Assembly (NCBI GenBank): GCA_038087875.1
Contig: CM075995.1
Span: forward strand, 1,614,001 to 1,678,000
Reading direction: 5' to 3'
From: Malacoraja senta
Lineage: Eukaryota
Length of the DNA: 64,000 bases
Of the stretch, positions 63,357-64,000 are shown piece after piece (positions within the stretch are counted from its first letter, which is position 1; each line of letters starts with the position of its first letter). Position numbers and translations under genes: made by a program. The notes under the pieces are model-generated. The model was given only the letters and a program-made list of their open reading frames with translations. It did not search any database and was not told the origin of the DNA.

Positions 63357-64000
63357 ATAAAAGTACATTTCAAAATAGCATCATAATACAAAATGATGAC
63401 ATAAAATGTGAAATTTGTTTCTGTAATGTACTGGTCATCACATTCCCCTGACATGTGAAAGGTTCCCGGTGTGGACAGCACTGTGGCGCAGCGGTAGAGT
63501 TGCTGCCTTACAGCGCCTACAGCACTAGAGACCATGTGAGTTTTCTCCGAGATTTAGTTTAGTTTAGTTTAGTTTAGAGATACAGCGCGGAAACAGGTCC
63601 TTCAGCCCACCGAGTCTGCGCCGACCAGCGATCCCCGCACATTAACACTATCCTACACACACTAGGGACAATTTACACTTACACCAAGCCAATTAACCTA
63701 CAAACCTGTACGTCTTTGGAGTGTGGGCGGAAACCGAAGATCTTGGAGAAAACCCACACGGTCACGGGGAGAACGTACATACTCCGTACAGGCAGCACCC
63801 GTAGTCGGGATCGAACCCAGGTCTCCGGCGCAGCAAGCGCTGTAATGCAGCAACTCCACCGCTGTGCCACCGTGCCGCACTCCGAGATCTTCGGTTTCCT
63901 CCCACACTCCAAAGACGTGTAGGTTAATCGGCTTGGTATAAATGTGTTAGTGTGCGTAGATTGCCGGTCGGCGCGGACTTGCTGGGCCGAAGGGCCTATT

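Overview
This is non-coding, repeat-saturated vertebrate DNA, most likely intronic sequence from a cartilaginous fish (skate or ray). That is inferred from dozens of HE1-type tRNA-derived V-SINEs with (TAAAC)n tails and their CR1/HER1-type partner LINEs. Only one credible host exon was found (14702-14806, +, 105 bp, phase 0-0, gene unidentified). Almost all entries in the ORF track are transposon fragments or their antisense shadows. Mobile elements seen: CR1, Rex1/Babar, L1/Tx1, an L2-type tail, Penelope-derived repeats with minimal hammerhead motifs, PIF/Harbinger MITEs, Mutator-like elements with 9-bp TSDs, a TIR element with a 7-bp TSD, a non-autonomous Helitron, an internally deleted RTE element, and a structurally complete but frameshifted DIRS1-type tyrosine-recombinase retrotransposon (52553-57037). 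The most striking signal is a ~510-bp internally deleted Ingi/Vingi-type retroposon at 40018-40528. Its 5' end folds into a CPEB3/HDV-like ribozyme, it carries an AUG-less in-frame endonuclease/zinc-knuckle mini-ORF, and its 5' junction holds 35 nt matching DNA 1.8 kb away. All calls were made by eye with no database search or folding run. Boundaries marked approx. are approximate.
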